A stretch of 43,833 nt of DNA from contig JAZDGP010000004.1 in the NCBI GenBank assembly GCA_043806935.1, positions 1 to 43,833 on the forward strand. The letters are read 5' to 3'. This DNA is from a bacterium (GTDB taxonomy: Bacteria; Patescibacteriota; Patescibacteriia; JAZDGP01). Below the pieces are notes generated by a model. That model had not been told where the DNA came from and searched no databases. It saw only the letters and a list, made by a program, of their open reading frames with translations. The translations under genes were made by a program, and so were the position numbers. Of the stretch, positions 28,335 to 37,500 are shown piece after piece. How positions within the stretch are numbered: position 1 is the stretch's first letter; each line of letters opens with the position of its first letter.

Positions 28335-29236
28335 GACGAGTGTTACATTTCGCTTGGCAGAACTTTAGCCGCAATCTTGGGCTGTCTCTCATGACAATCG
28401 TTTTTGTTGTGCTAGCGGTGGTATCCATGAGCGTGGTGTCAATCACTAAAGAGCTGTTAAACCAAGCGTCACAACGTTTGCAAGATCAGGTTGCCATACA
28501 CGCCAGTTTCCAGCCAGGAGTGGGGGAGAAGCAGGTTAAGTCTTTAGCTGACCATTTAAGCTCCATTAAAGACGTGCGGTCAGTGACTGTGGTGACAGCT
28601 GAAGAGGCTCTACAAAGTTTCTTAGACCGCCATCAGGACAATCCAGAGCTGATTTCTTCAATCAAGAGCTTGCCAGTCAACCCATTGGGTGGAGGGCTGG
28701 TTATTAAAGCCGTACAACCGTCTATTTACCAATTAGTCTTAACTGAACTAGACAGTCCTCAATACGCTGCCATTATTCATGACAAGGATTTTGATGATTT
28801 CCGTGAAGTGCTGGACGCTTTGGACAGCAAGGTCAACCAGCCTCTTACCCGTTTTGGCCTTGCTCTTACAATTCTTTTTTCCGTGATTGCAGCCGCGGTC
28901 ATCTACAACGCGCTTCGCTTGGTGATATACGCGCAGCGTGAGGAAGTGGCTATCATGAAGCTGGTTGGAGCTGACAACATGTTTATTAAAATGCCGTATG
29001 TGATCCAGACGCTTGGCATGACTATCATTGGGTTTATAGTCGGCCTTCTCATTCTTTATCCAGCTGTGGTGTTCTTTAATCCTTCTATCACCCGTTTCCT
29101 TGACCTGCCTGGCTTTGATCTCCTCAACCATCTGTTAGTAAACAGCTGGAGATTGTTTGGCTGGCAGTTGTTATTGGTACTGCTGTTAAGTGCTGGGAGC
29201 TGTCTTTTGGCCTTGCGCAGATACCTTAAGGTTTGA
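28331..29236 (+). CDS. ftsX: cell division permease FtsX
   Basis: 4-TM pattern, REEVAIMKLVGA..FIKMP; follows ftsE. Confidence 0.92.
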   Translation: MRRVLHFAWQNFSRNLGLSLMTIVFVVLAVVSMSVVSITKELLNQASQRLQDQVAIHASFQPGVGEKQVKSLADHLSSIKDVRSVTVVTAEEALQSFLDRHQDNPELISSIKSLPVNPLGGGLVIKAVQPSIYQLVLTELDSPQYAAIIHDKDFDDFREVLDALDSKVNQPLTRFGLALTILFSVIAAAVIYNALRLVIYAQREEVAIMKLVGADNMFIKMPYVIQTLGMTIIGFIVGLLILYPAVVFFNPSITRFLDLPGFDLLNHLLVNSWRLFGWQLLLVLLLSAGSCLLALRRYLKV

Positions 29237-29270
29237 CCGTTCTTAATCTTTTCGCTAGCGTGGAACTTAC

Positions 29271-29344
29271 TCCGGGATCGTCTAATGGCAGGACAGCGGC
29301 CTTTGGAGCCGTTAATCGGGGTTCGAATCCCTGTCCCGGAACCA
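29271..29344 (+). tRNA. tRNA-Gln(TTG)
   Basis: TCCGGGA/TCCCGGA acceptor with U1-A72, loop CTTTGGA, CCA. Confidence 0.95.
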
Positions 29345-29371
29345 AAATAATAATTAATAAATAACAATTAT

Positions 29372-29731
29372 ATGGTAAAGCAATTTTACAAAGACGCGTT
29401 TGGCTGGGGATTTATTCTTTGGCTTATTGGCTACGCGCTTGGTATGATTCTTTTCTCAATCGTACCGCTTTCCATGATTGGCTGGATTATCACTCCTATC
29501 GGCATAGTGATAACCCTTTGGGTGTTATTTAAGAAGATAAAAAGCGATTCTTTCCGATATTATTTGTTATTAGCCGTTGTTTGGGCTCTCATCGCAATTG
29601 TCTTTGATTACTTTTTCTTAGTCAAAGCGTTTAAACCAGCGGACGGTTATTACAAATTAGATGTTTATTTGTATTATGCTTTTACTTTTATCCTTCCTTT
29701 GATTGTAAGCTGGAGGAAAAAAGCAGTATAA
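29372..29731 (+). CDS. 4-TM hypothetical membrane protein
   Basis: hydrophobicity pattern. Confidence 0.75.
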   Translation: MVKQFYKDAFGWGFILWLIGYALGMILFSIVPLSMIGWIITPIGIVITLWVLFKKIKSDSFRYYLLLAVVWALIAIVFDYFFLVKAFKPADGYYKLDVYLYYAFTFILPLIVSWRKKAV

Positions 29732-29738
29732 AGATAAT

Positions 29739-30254
29739 ATGAGATTGATTCTTTACATGGGTATTACTCCCAACGGGTATATTGCCAAGGAAGACGGCAA
29801 TTCAGAATGGACTTCTGAGGAAGATCTGTGGGGATTTTATGAACACAGCAAACAGGCTGGGAATATTATTATGGGCAGGAATACGTATTTAGAAGCCTGT
29901 CGGTATGGATATTTTCCTTTCCCTGACGCTTTAAATATCGTTGTTTCTCACCAGCCAATAGAGAATAAGCGAGGAGATAATGTATTAGTAACTAGCCAAG
30001 CCCCAAAGGAAATTATCTCTTTGTTGGAAAAGAAAGGATTTAAGGAAGCGTTCTTGGCAGGCGGAGGCCAGTTGAACAGCTCATTCATGCGAGATGGATT
30101 AATAAACGAGATCTATCTGGATGTGGAGCCATTGCTGTTTGGCAAGGGAATTAAATTGTTTGCTGATAACGATTTCCAATCTGAATTGAAATTATTGGAT
30201 GTGAAGAAGTTAAATACAGACACGGTCCAGCTCCATTATCTGGTTGTCAAATAA
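29739..30254 (+). CDS. dihydrofolate reductase/RibD C-terminal family protein
   Basis: NGYIA, IMGRNTY, AGGGQL, PLLFGKGI. Confidence 0.88.
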   Translation: MRLILYMGITPNGYIAKEDGNSEWTSEEDLWGFYEHSKQAGNIIMGRNTYLEACRYGYFPFPDALNIVVSHQPIENKRGDNVLVTSQAPKEIISLLEKKGFKEAFLAGGGQLNSSFMRDGLINEIYLDVEPLLFGKGIKLFADNDFQSELKLLDVKKLNTDTVQLHYLVVK

Positions 30255-30309
30255 AACTGGGTTAACCAGTTTTATTGCTTTATATTCCAATGTATACTAT
30301 AAAGACTAT

Positions 30310-31557
30310 ATGAATCTTACACCGCTTGAACAACAATCTGGTTTTCATGGTTTGGGGATTGCTCCCAAATTGGTAACTATCTTGGAACAATTGCGTTTTA
30401 CAACTCCTACTCCCATTCAGCGCCAAGCTATTCCAGCGGCGATTACTGGGAAAGATCTTGTAGGCATTGCCCAAACAGGCACTGGCAAAACATTAGCTTT
30501 TGGCATTCCTTTGATCCAACGTTTGTCCCAGTCGCGTGGGCAAGCCTTGATCTTGGTGCCAACCAGGGAATTAGCTCTTCAGGTTGATGACGCGTTACAG
30601 ACTATTGGCCATTCTTTGGGATTGAAGACAGCAGTGGTCATTGGCGGAGCTCCTATACAAAAGCAGATACAGAATCTGCGCCGTAATCCCCATGTGATTA
30701 TAGCTACTCCTGGACGTTTAGTAGATCATTTGGAACAAAAAACAGTTACTTTGCAGAATGTTAAAATAGTGGTGCTGGATGAAGCTGACCGCATGCTGGA
30801 TATAGGCTTTGCCCCTCAAATCAAGAGAGTGTTGCAAGTAGTTCCTAAAGAACGGCAGACAATGCTTTTTTCCGCCACAATGCCTTCTGAAATCGCCAAG
30901 CTGGCTGCTGAACATATGTCATTGCCGCTTAGGATTGAAGTGGCGCCGTCTGGCACTACAGTGCAAGCGGTTGAGCAGGAAATCTTTATTGTAAGCAAAG
31001 AAGCTAAGATACAGCTTTTAGATAAGCTGTTAAGCGATTACCAAGGTACGATTCTTGTTTTTTCACGCACTAAGCATGGAGCCACTAAGATTACGCGGGC
31101 TATAAGGGATATGGGCCACCATGCGGCTGAAATCCATTCTAACCGTTCTTTAAATCAACGTCGTGAGGCTTTAGATGGTTTTAAATCAGGGAAATACAGA
31201 ATTTTGGTCGCTACTGATATAGCAGCGAGAGGAATTGACGTTGTTGGAATTGAGCTTGTGGTTAATTATGATTTGCCTGACAACTCCGGTGATTATGTAC
31301 ACCGTATTGGACGTACTGGACGTGCTGGCAGGACTGGACGAGCTGTTTCATTTGCTACTCCTGACCAGCGCATGGATATTAAGAGCATTGAACGGCTGAT
31401 CAGAAAGGCTTTACCTATTACAACGTTGCCAACCCTGCCGCCTAGGCGTGCGTCACAATCACAAAAGTTTCATCCCGCTGTTGGTTACCAAAAATACTCT
31501 AGCCACCGTCCTCTGCAACGCCGCCAACAGCAAAGTTATCCTAGACATCGCCGTTGA
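30310..31557 (+). CDS. DEAD-box RNA helicase
   Basis: PTPIQ, AQTGTGKT, PTRELA, DEAD, SAT, HRIGRTGR. Confidence 0.96.
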   Translation: MNLTPLEQQSGFHGLGIAPKLVTILEQLRFTTPTPIQRQAIPAAITGKDLVGIAQTGTGKTLAFGIPLIQRLSQSRGQALILVPTRELALQVDDALQTIGHSLGLKTAVVIGGAPIQKQIQNLRRNPHVIIATPGRLVDHLEQKTVTLQNVKIVVLDEADRMLDIGFAPQIKRVLQVVPKERQTMLFSATMPSEIAKLAAEHMSLPLRIEVAPSGTTVQAVEQEIFIVSKEAKIQLLDKLLSDYQGTILVFSRTKHGATKITRAIRDMGHHAAEIHSNRSLNQRREALDGFKSGKYRILVATDIAARGIDVVGIELVVNYDLPDNSGDYVHRIGRTGRAGRTGRAVSFATPDQRMDIKSIERLIRKALPITTLPTLPPRRASQSQKFHPAVGYQKYSSHRPLQRRQQQSYPRHRR

Positions 31558-31589
31558 TAGTTTTATAAGCTATTATCACGACAATAGAT

Positions 31590-32132
31590 ATGACTAAAGA
31601 CGGCAAACGGTTAATCAGAGATTTTTTAGTGGTTGCTTTGAGTATTGGATTGGCAGTTCTAGCGGTCCGATCAGGACTAGTCCATGATTGGCTTGTTAAC
31701 GTCCAAGAGTGGCGGTATTTTGGTACGTTTATTGCTGGCCTGTTTTTTACATCTATCTTTACCGTGGCGCCAGCTACCGCGGTATTGGCTGAGATTGCCC
31801 AAGATGGCAACCTGTGGCTAACAGCGGTTATTGGCGGTCTTGGAGCGCTGGTAGGGGATTATTTCTTGTTCTGGCTGGTCAGGGACCATCTTACTGACGA
31901 TTTCCTTGGATTGTTCCCAAGGAAGTCGTTACACCACGCGTTGCGGCTGGCTAGAGTGCGGTGGCTATTGGTTGTACTGGGAGCGATAGTAGTAGCTTCT
32001 CCTTTGCCTGACGAGCTTGGTTTAGCCATGATGGGGTTCTCTAAGTTGGAGCACAAATGGTTTATCCCTTTGTCTTGGGCTATGAACTCCTTGGGGATTT
32101 TGGCTATTGGAGTGATTGCTAGAGCGTTATAA
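31590..32132 (+). CDS. membrane protein (DedA/VTT-like)
   Basis: GGLGALVGDY, SPLPDELG. Confidence 0.7.
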   Translation: MTKDGKRLIRDFLVVALSIGLAVLAVRSGLVHDWLVNVQEWRYFGTFIAGLFFTSIFTVAPATAVLAEIAQDGNLWLTAVIGGLGALVGDYFLFWLVRDHLTDDFLGLFPRKSLHHALRLARVRWLLVVLGAIVVASPLPDELGLAMMGFSKLEHKWFIPLSWAMNSLGILAIGVIARAL

Positions 32133-32136
32133 AAAG

Positions 32137-32168
32137 ATGCAAGCCCGTTATTTTTAACGGGCTTGCGT
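32137..32168. terminator. terminator between convergent genes
   Basis: GCAAGCCCGTTA/TAACGGGCTTGC stem. Confidence 0.75.
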
Positions 32169-32170
32169 GA

Positions 32171-32785
32171 TCAGATAATTTTTACAGGTATTACGCCACG
32201 GTCGGGGTAGAAGCTAAACTTGCCTCGCATGGGTTCTATCTTTATTTTCTTGTCATGCCTGATGCCATGTATTTCAAAAATAGCATCATCAATTTTATAA
32301 CAATGGACAAACGAATTCAGAGCTGTCTTATTGGTAAACAATTTTAAAAGAAATGCGAGCTCTAGCAATTCATGAGGAGTGGCTGCCCGGTGTCCAGCGC
32401 CCAATTTTTTGCTTACTGCTTCGTCGTTGCCGATAAAATGATCACCAGCGAGACCTTCAAGGTTAGCAGCAATGTAGTATCCATTATTACTAGGCTGATT
32501 GTCCCATGGAAAAGCTTTTATTGAATCAGGATGGATCCAAGACAGTTTTTCATAATTTTGGCAAAGTTGGACAATTTTTGTTAAAGGAGTGCTGGTGATA
32601 AAACTCACTATCCAGTTCTCAGGGAGCGGTTGTGATATGTCTAGCGTTGAAGAAAAACAAATTTCTTTTTCAAAAGGTATGTTTGCTCCCAATTCATTAA
32701 GAGCGGTTATCACCCTTTCTCTGCTGAAAAATTTATCTTTGCCAAGGATTTCAGTTATTTGATTCAGGTCTGTTATCTTTACCAT
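32171..32785 (-). CDS. 204-aa orphan
   Basis: GGAGG SD, own TTGACT promoter from 32880 on the minus strand. Confidence 0.75.
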   Translation of the reverse strand: MVKITDLNQITEILGKDKFFSRERVITALNELGANIPFEKEICFSSTLDISQPLPENWIVSFITSTPLTKIVQLCQNYEKLSWIHPDSIKAFPWDNQPSNNGYYIAANLEGLAGDHFIGNDEAVSKKLGAGHRAATPHELLELAFLLKLFTNKTALNSFVHCYKIDDAIFEIHGIRHDKKIKIEPMRGKFSFYPDRGVIPVKII

Positions 32786-32919
32786 AATTCCTCCATTATT
32801 TTTGTTTTTAAAGAACGCTACTAAGATTATTCTTAGCAGGTTGTATAACCATCTTAATCCTATCTGGCAAAAGCAGTCAACTTGACAGTAAAAACCCTTT
32901 TTGCTAACCTGTTAGCATC

Positions 32920-33025
32920 TACCGAAGACAGCGTGATGCTTACTAAAGCTTAATTTCCTTAGGGAAGTCCGCCGAGGCGCCAATTAATTTTTAAAAGGTC
33001 GATGGCCTCGTAGAGTCTGTGGTAG
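32920..33025 (+). ncRNA. L10 leader (ribosomal protein autoregulatory RNA)
   Basis: CCGAAGACAG...TTAA...CCGCCGAGG...CCTCG directly upstream of rplJ. Confidence 0.75.
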
Positions 33026-33042
33026 CCACAGATTTTTTATTT

Positions 33043-33594
33043 ATGCCAAAGACAAAACAAGAAAAGATAGAGGAATTAGAGGAATTGCGAGATGTCTTGA
33101 AACAAGCGCAAGCGGTGGTGTTTACCACTTTCAAGCAAGTGCCGGTCAAAGACATTGACGCTCTGCGCAAAGATCTGCGCCAAGCTAATATCTCCTACCA
33201 GGTTATTAAACGGAACCTATTGGTTAAAGCATTGGCTGAACAGGGAATGGATGTGCCTAATTTAGAATCATGGAGGGATAATATAGGCATTGCAGTGACT
33301 AGCGGCGACCAAGTAGCTCCAGCAAAAGCGTTATTTTCCTTTTCTAAGAAGTTCTTGGAAGAGAACAAGGAAAAGAAACCAAAGGGAATGGTGCTGGAAG
33401 GCGGAATCTTGGACAAGAAGTTCTTGGATAGCCAGCAGGTCATTGCCTTGGCCTTACTGCCTGGCAGAGAAGAGCTGTTGGCTAAACTTGTAGGTAGTCT
33501 AGCATCTCCAATGAGAGGATTAGCTGTTGTTTTGCAAGGAAACATTAGAGGATTGGTACAGGTCTTAAACGCTAAAGCCCAACAGGGCTCTTAA
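33043..33594 (+). CDS. rplJ: 50S ribosomal protein L10
   Basis: [23 protein letters not shown]. Confidence 0.96.
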   Translation: MPKTKQEKIEELEELRDVLKQAQAVVFTTFKQVPVKDIDALRKDLRQANISYQVIKRNLLVKALAEQGMDVPNLESWRDNIGIAVTSGDQVAPAKALFSFSKKFLEENKEKKPKGMVLEGGILDKKFLDSQQVIALALLPGREELLAKLVGSLASPMRGLAVVLQGNIRGLVQVLNAKAQQGS

Positions 33595-33614
33595 TCATTA
33601 AAATAAACAAAGAT

Positions 33615-33998
33615 ATGGAAAAGATAGAAGTGCCGGCCAAGTTTAAGGAGCTTGTGGAGCAGATTGAAAAGCTCTCTGTCCTTGATCTGGCTGAGTTAGT
33701 GAAAGTTTTGGAAGCTAAATTCGGCGTGTCAGCGGCTGCTCCTGCAGCTGCTCCTGTAGCCGCGGCTGTGGCTCCAGCGGAAGAGAAGAGCTCATTTAAC
33801 GTGGAGCTTACTGACGCTGGCGCTAATAAGATCAATGTCATTAAAGCCATGAGGGAAGTGACGCAATTAGGATTGGCTGACGCCAAAGCGATCGTTGATA
33901 GCGCTCCTAAGATGGTGAAGGAAGGGGCGACTAAGGAGGAAGCAGATAATATTAAGAAGAAACTGGAAGAAGCTGGCGGCAAGGTAACGCTTAAGTAA
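33615..33998 (+). CDS. rplL: 50S ribosomal protein L7/L12
   Basis: [11 protein letters not shown], Ala/Pro hinge, KINVIK, GLADAK. Confidence 0.98.
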   Translation: MEKIEVPAKFKELVEQIEKLSVLDLAELVKVLEAKFGVSAAAPAAAPVAAAVAPAEEKSSFNVELTDAGANKINVIKAMREVTQLGLADAKAIVDSAPKMVKEGATKEEADNIKKKLEEAGGKVTLK

Positions 33999-34001
33999 AA
34001 G

Positions 34002-34037
34002 AAAAAGAGTTCCTGGTAATACAGGAGCTCTTTTTTA
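34002..34037. terminator. bidirectional terminator
   Basis: AAAAAGAGTTCCTG/CAGGAGCTCTTTTT. Confidence 0.8.
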
Positions 34038-34043
34038 TACAAA

Positions 34044-34448
34044 TTAGTGGATAACAATAGCGAATCGTTTGCTGTTGGTTCCAGATTTATGGAACTGTAA
34101 CTCCAACACGTCAGTTCGGACAAGAATTGGCGTGGGAGCGAAGTTGAATTGGTCCTTCATCTTTGCCAATAATTCGCTTAATTTCACTTTTCCGCCCTTT
34201 GAGTTGAACAGCTTGGATAAACAATTTCTCATGGACGGGTCTTCAAATTCCACATACACGGTAAAAGCCTCCGCCAAATTAGCAATGATCATGATTCTGG
34301 ATACAAGTTCAAAATCAATCGTCTGTCCAAGTGTTTTGGAAACTATGTCCAAGGACACTGTATGCCATTTGGACTTGTCTAACAATTCAATCGCTACTTT
34401 GATAAATTTTTCGTTTTGAGGTATTAGCAACCCGTATAAATCTGTCAT
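34044..34448 (-). CDS. 134-aa orphan, distant paralog of 34464-34904
   Basis: ORF with AAGGA upstream; colinear similarity to neighbour. Confidence 0.7.
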   Translation of the reverse strand: MTDLYGLLIPQNEKFIKVAIELLDKSKWHTVSLDIVSKTLGQTIDFELVSRIMIIANLAEAFTVYVEFEDPSMRNCLSKLFNSKGGKVKLSELLAKMKDQFNFAPTPILVRTDVLELQFHKSGTNSKRFAIVIH

Positions 34449-34463
34449 GGTCGTCCTTTGTTA

Positions 34464-34904
34464 TTATAGTTGAGATACCAATGAAAATTTATAACCATTA
34501 GTATCTTCTATATTGTGAATTCTTTTTAACAAACCCGCGTTATAGATTTGAATGGCCATTGGATACTTAAACTTATCATAAAATTCAGTTTGCAATTCGC
34601 TAAACCACGGTAGGTTTTTCGTTATTTTTGTGACATAGTCAAGCAATCCTACATCATCATTCAGTAGAACAAAATGAAAAACCCAAGGCTTGATATTGAT
34701 CGGTAAGGCTTCCATCTGTTCCTTCTTGCCAATCAAAAGATGAAGGTTTCTGTTGTTGATAATCAGGTTCGTCAGTTTATTATCTATGATAGACAATAAA
34801 CTAGATTTTTTCGTTATTGTTTCTATGATTGACTTAAGGGCAGTTTCATTTACTTCTCCATCTTTTGGTAAAGGCAGGGTATACAGTTTTACTATAGTGC
34901 TCAT
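34464..34904 (-). CDS. 146-aa orphan
   Basis: AGGAGGT SD; TTGACT promoter near 34983 on the minus strand. Confidence 0.75.
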   Translation of the reverse strand: MSTIVKLYTLPLPKDGEVNETALKSIIETITKKSSLLSIIDNKLTNLIINNRNLHLLIGKKEQMEALPINIKPWVFHFVLLNDDVGLLDYVTKITKNLPWFSELQTEFYDKFKYPMAIQIYNAGLLKRIHNIEDTNGYKFSLVSQL

Positions 34905-35011
34905 TTTTACCTCCTATGTTTTTGGTGTTGTTAAATGTTGAGTAATTGATAATAATCTAATCATATTTTCATTATTTAGTCAATAGCAATGGTTATGCTA
35001 TTCTTACATCA

Positions 35012-36457
35012 ATGTCTATCTTAGCCAAAAACACCAGTTTATTCACAGCGTCTTTGGTCATCCAAAAAGCTCTGGCTTTTGTTTTCTTTACGTATTTAAG
35101 CAGGAAGATCGGAGCGACTGGAACTGGAGATTATTTGTTCGCTCTGTCATTTGCTACTATCTTTGGTTTCCTCATTGACTGGGGCTGGAGCAGTGTTATG
35201 ACTAGGGAAGTGGCGTCACGTACTGGAGAGGAAGATAACGGAAGAATCTCTTTGCCTGATCTGTACCGCCAGTTGTTTACATGGCGTCTGGTAATGTCTC
35301 TAGCCGTGCTGGCAGTCATTAATTTATTGGCTTGGCAGTTTGGCTATCCCTTGATGCGACGCCAGATGGTAGCCATTGCCGCTTTTATCACCGTCTTTGA
35401 TAGTTTCTCCCTATACGGTTACGCCATCTTTAGAGGCAAGCATAATCTCCGTTACGAGAGTTACTTTACGGCCGCGTACCACGCCATTGTATTAACTGTT
35501 GGATCTATCCTTCTGTTATACACCAAGGATTTGAGATTACTGCTCTTAGCTCTTTTGACAGCTAGCTTCTTTAACGCTCTCTATGTAGCTGTTTTGCTGG
35601 TTAGGAAAGCAGGAGTGTCTTTGTGGCCTGAGAATCCTTTGGCGGCAGTAAAGTATTTCTGGCCAATGGGTTGGCCGTTCCTGCTCAACGGATTATTTAT
35701 CAAAGTGTATGGTTCTATAGATAGCATTCTTTTAGATCATTTAGGAAGCACCACACAGCTTGGCTACTACGGAGTGGCTAATAAGGTAACATTGGCGTTA
35801 ACATTCATTCCGCAAGCATTGGCTGCGGCGTATTATCCAGCCGCGTCAGCAGCTTGGTCAAACAACCGTACTGCTCTTGCTCCTCTGTTTAAACAGTCAG
35901 TCATATACTTAGGGGCAATCTCCATTCCCATTTCAGTCCTTGTGGCATTCTTAGCTCAGCCACTCATTACATTGGTGTACCCAGGCTTCACAGGTTCCAT
36001 CTTGCCACTCCAGATCTTAATCTCTTCTTTATTTTTCCTGTTTGTTAATTTTCCAATTGGCTATACCTTAAACGCTTGCCATAAACAACGAAGAAACACT
36101 CTGAATCTTGTAGTGATCGTAACAATGAATATCATCCTTAATATCTTGTTGATCCCACTGTTTGGAGCAATCGGAGCTGCTGTTTCTTCTTTAGCAACTA
36201 ATGTGTTAGTCGTATTGCTTGGCTGGCCATTAGCTAAGTCTTTAACTGGATCGTCATGGATGGAATTATTATGGCCGCTAGGTAAAATTCTGTGCGCTGC
36301 CATTGTGGCAGGCATAATAGCCTTGTCCGTGCCAGTTTGGTGGCTTGCTGGGATGATCGGAGGAGTAATTTACGTATTGTTGTTGTTTATCCTGCGGGTA
36401 GTTGCTGTATCTGATCTTATCCATTGGCGCAAGGCAGTAACTGGAACAGAAGTATGA
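35012..36457 (+). CDS. polysaccharide flippase (Wzx/MOP superfamily)
   Basis: about 14 TM, DWG..TRE, GYYGVA, GAIGAA. Confidence 0.88.
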   Translation: MSILAKNTSLFTASLVIQKALAFVFFTYLSRKIGATGTGDYLFALSFATIFGFLIDWGWSSVMTREVASRTGEEDNGRISLPDLYRQLFTWRLVMSLAVLAVINLLAWQFGYPLMRRQMVAIAAFITVFDSFSLYGYAIFRGKHNLRYESYFTAAYHAIVLTVGSILLLYTKDLRLLLLALLTASFFNALYVAVLLVRKAGVSLWPENPLAAVKYFWPMGWPFLLNGLFIKVYGSIDSILLDHLGSTTQLGYYGVANKVTLALTFIPQALAAAYYPAASAAWSNNRTALAPLFKQSVIYLGAISIPISVLVAFLAQPLITLVYPGFTGSILPLQILISSLFFLFVNFPIGYTLNACHKQRRNTLNLVVIVTMNIILNILLIPLFGAIGAAVSSLATNVLVVLLGWPLAKSLTGSSWMELLWPLGKILCAAIVAGIIALSVPVWWLAGMIGGVIYVLLLFILRVVAVSDLIHWRKAVTGTEV

Positions 36458-37500
36458 AAATATTATTAGTCACTCTGGACTATCCGCCACAGTTTGGAGG
36501 AGTGGGGAATTACTACCAGGATCTGGTGGAAACAATAGGCAGTGGCACAGTGGATGTCTGGCAGCCTCTAGCAGGGCATTGGCTGTCTTGGTTTGGCAAG
36601 TTCTGGCAGAAGAGCAGGCATTATGATCTGATATGGGTTGGACAGCTATTGCCAGTTGGGACTGTTGCTTGGCTATGTTGGCTGGCAGGAAGGTCTTCAT
36701 ACGTCATTTCCTTCCATGGCTTAGACATTGTCCTAGGTAACCGCAATCCGTGGAAGCGCTGGCTGTTCCGGCATATAGTGGCTGGAGCAAAAGCAGTTAG
36801 TTTTAATAGTAAGGCTACGGAAACGTTGTTTAAGGAGTATTATCCAGCAAATAAAGAGAGCGTTGTAGTCTATCCAGTGCCTCATACGCGCCCTGCCCAT
36901 GATTTAGACAAGCAGAAGGCAAAAGAGCTGTTGGGATTAGTTGGCAAGAAAGTGCTGTTGACTGTTGGCAGATTAGTGAGGCGTAAAGGACAGCGCCAGG
37001 TGGTTGAATTATTGCCTGATGTTTTAAAACAAGTTCCTAATTTGCAATACATATTGGTTGGACAAGGAAAAGAAGAAAAAGGAATACGGATGATTACAAA
37101 AGATTTAGGATTGGAAAATACCGTCCAGTTGCTTTTAAAGACCAATGACCAGGAATTATCTATTCTGTACACTGCTGCTGACGTGTTTATACTCCTTAAC
37201 CAGAATGATCCCAATGATCCGGAAGGGTTCGGCATTGTTTATCTGGAAGCAGCCAGATTTAGCCTTCCATCCATTGCTGGAGTAACTGGCGGAGTGGGAG
37301 AGGCTGTTGTTAGTGGAGAGACTGGGCTGATCGTTAATCCAGATGATAACCAAGCAGTGATGGAAGCTATAGTGAAATTGTTGACAAATGAAGAGTATGC
37401 CAAGCAGTTGGGAAATAAAGGTAGAGAACGGGCTGAACAGATGTTTAGTATAGAGACTGAAGCGGAGAAGATGAAGCAGTTATTTATACGGAGTATATGA
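36454..37500 (+). CDS. GT4 glycosyltransferase
   Basis: YPPQFGG, VGRLVRRKG, EGFGIVYLEA. Confidence 0.92.
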   Translation: MKILLVTLDYPPQFGGVGNYYQDLVETIGSGTVDVWQPLAGHWLSWFGKFWQKSRHYDLIWVGQLLPVGTVAWLCWLAGRSSYVISFHGLDIVLGNRNPWKRWLFRHIVAGAKAVSFNSKATETLFKEYYPANKESVVVYPVPHTRPAHDLDKQKAKELLGLVGKKVLLTVGRLVRRKGQRQVVELLPDVLKQVPNLQYILVGQGKEEKGIRMITKDLGLENTVQLLLKTNDQELSILYTAADVFILLNQNDPNDPEGFGIVYLEAARFSLPSIAGVTGGVGEAVVSGETGLIVNPDDNQAVMEAIVKLLTNEEYAKQLGNKGRERAEQMFSIETEAEKMKQLFIRSI

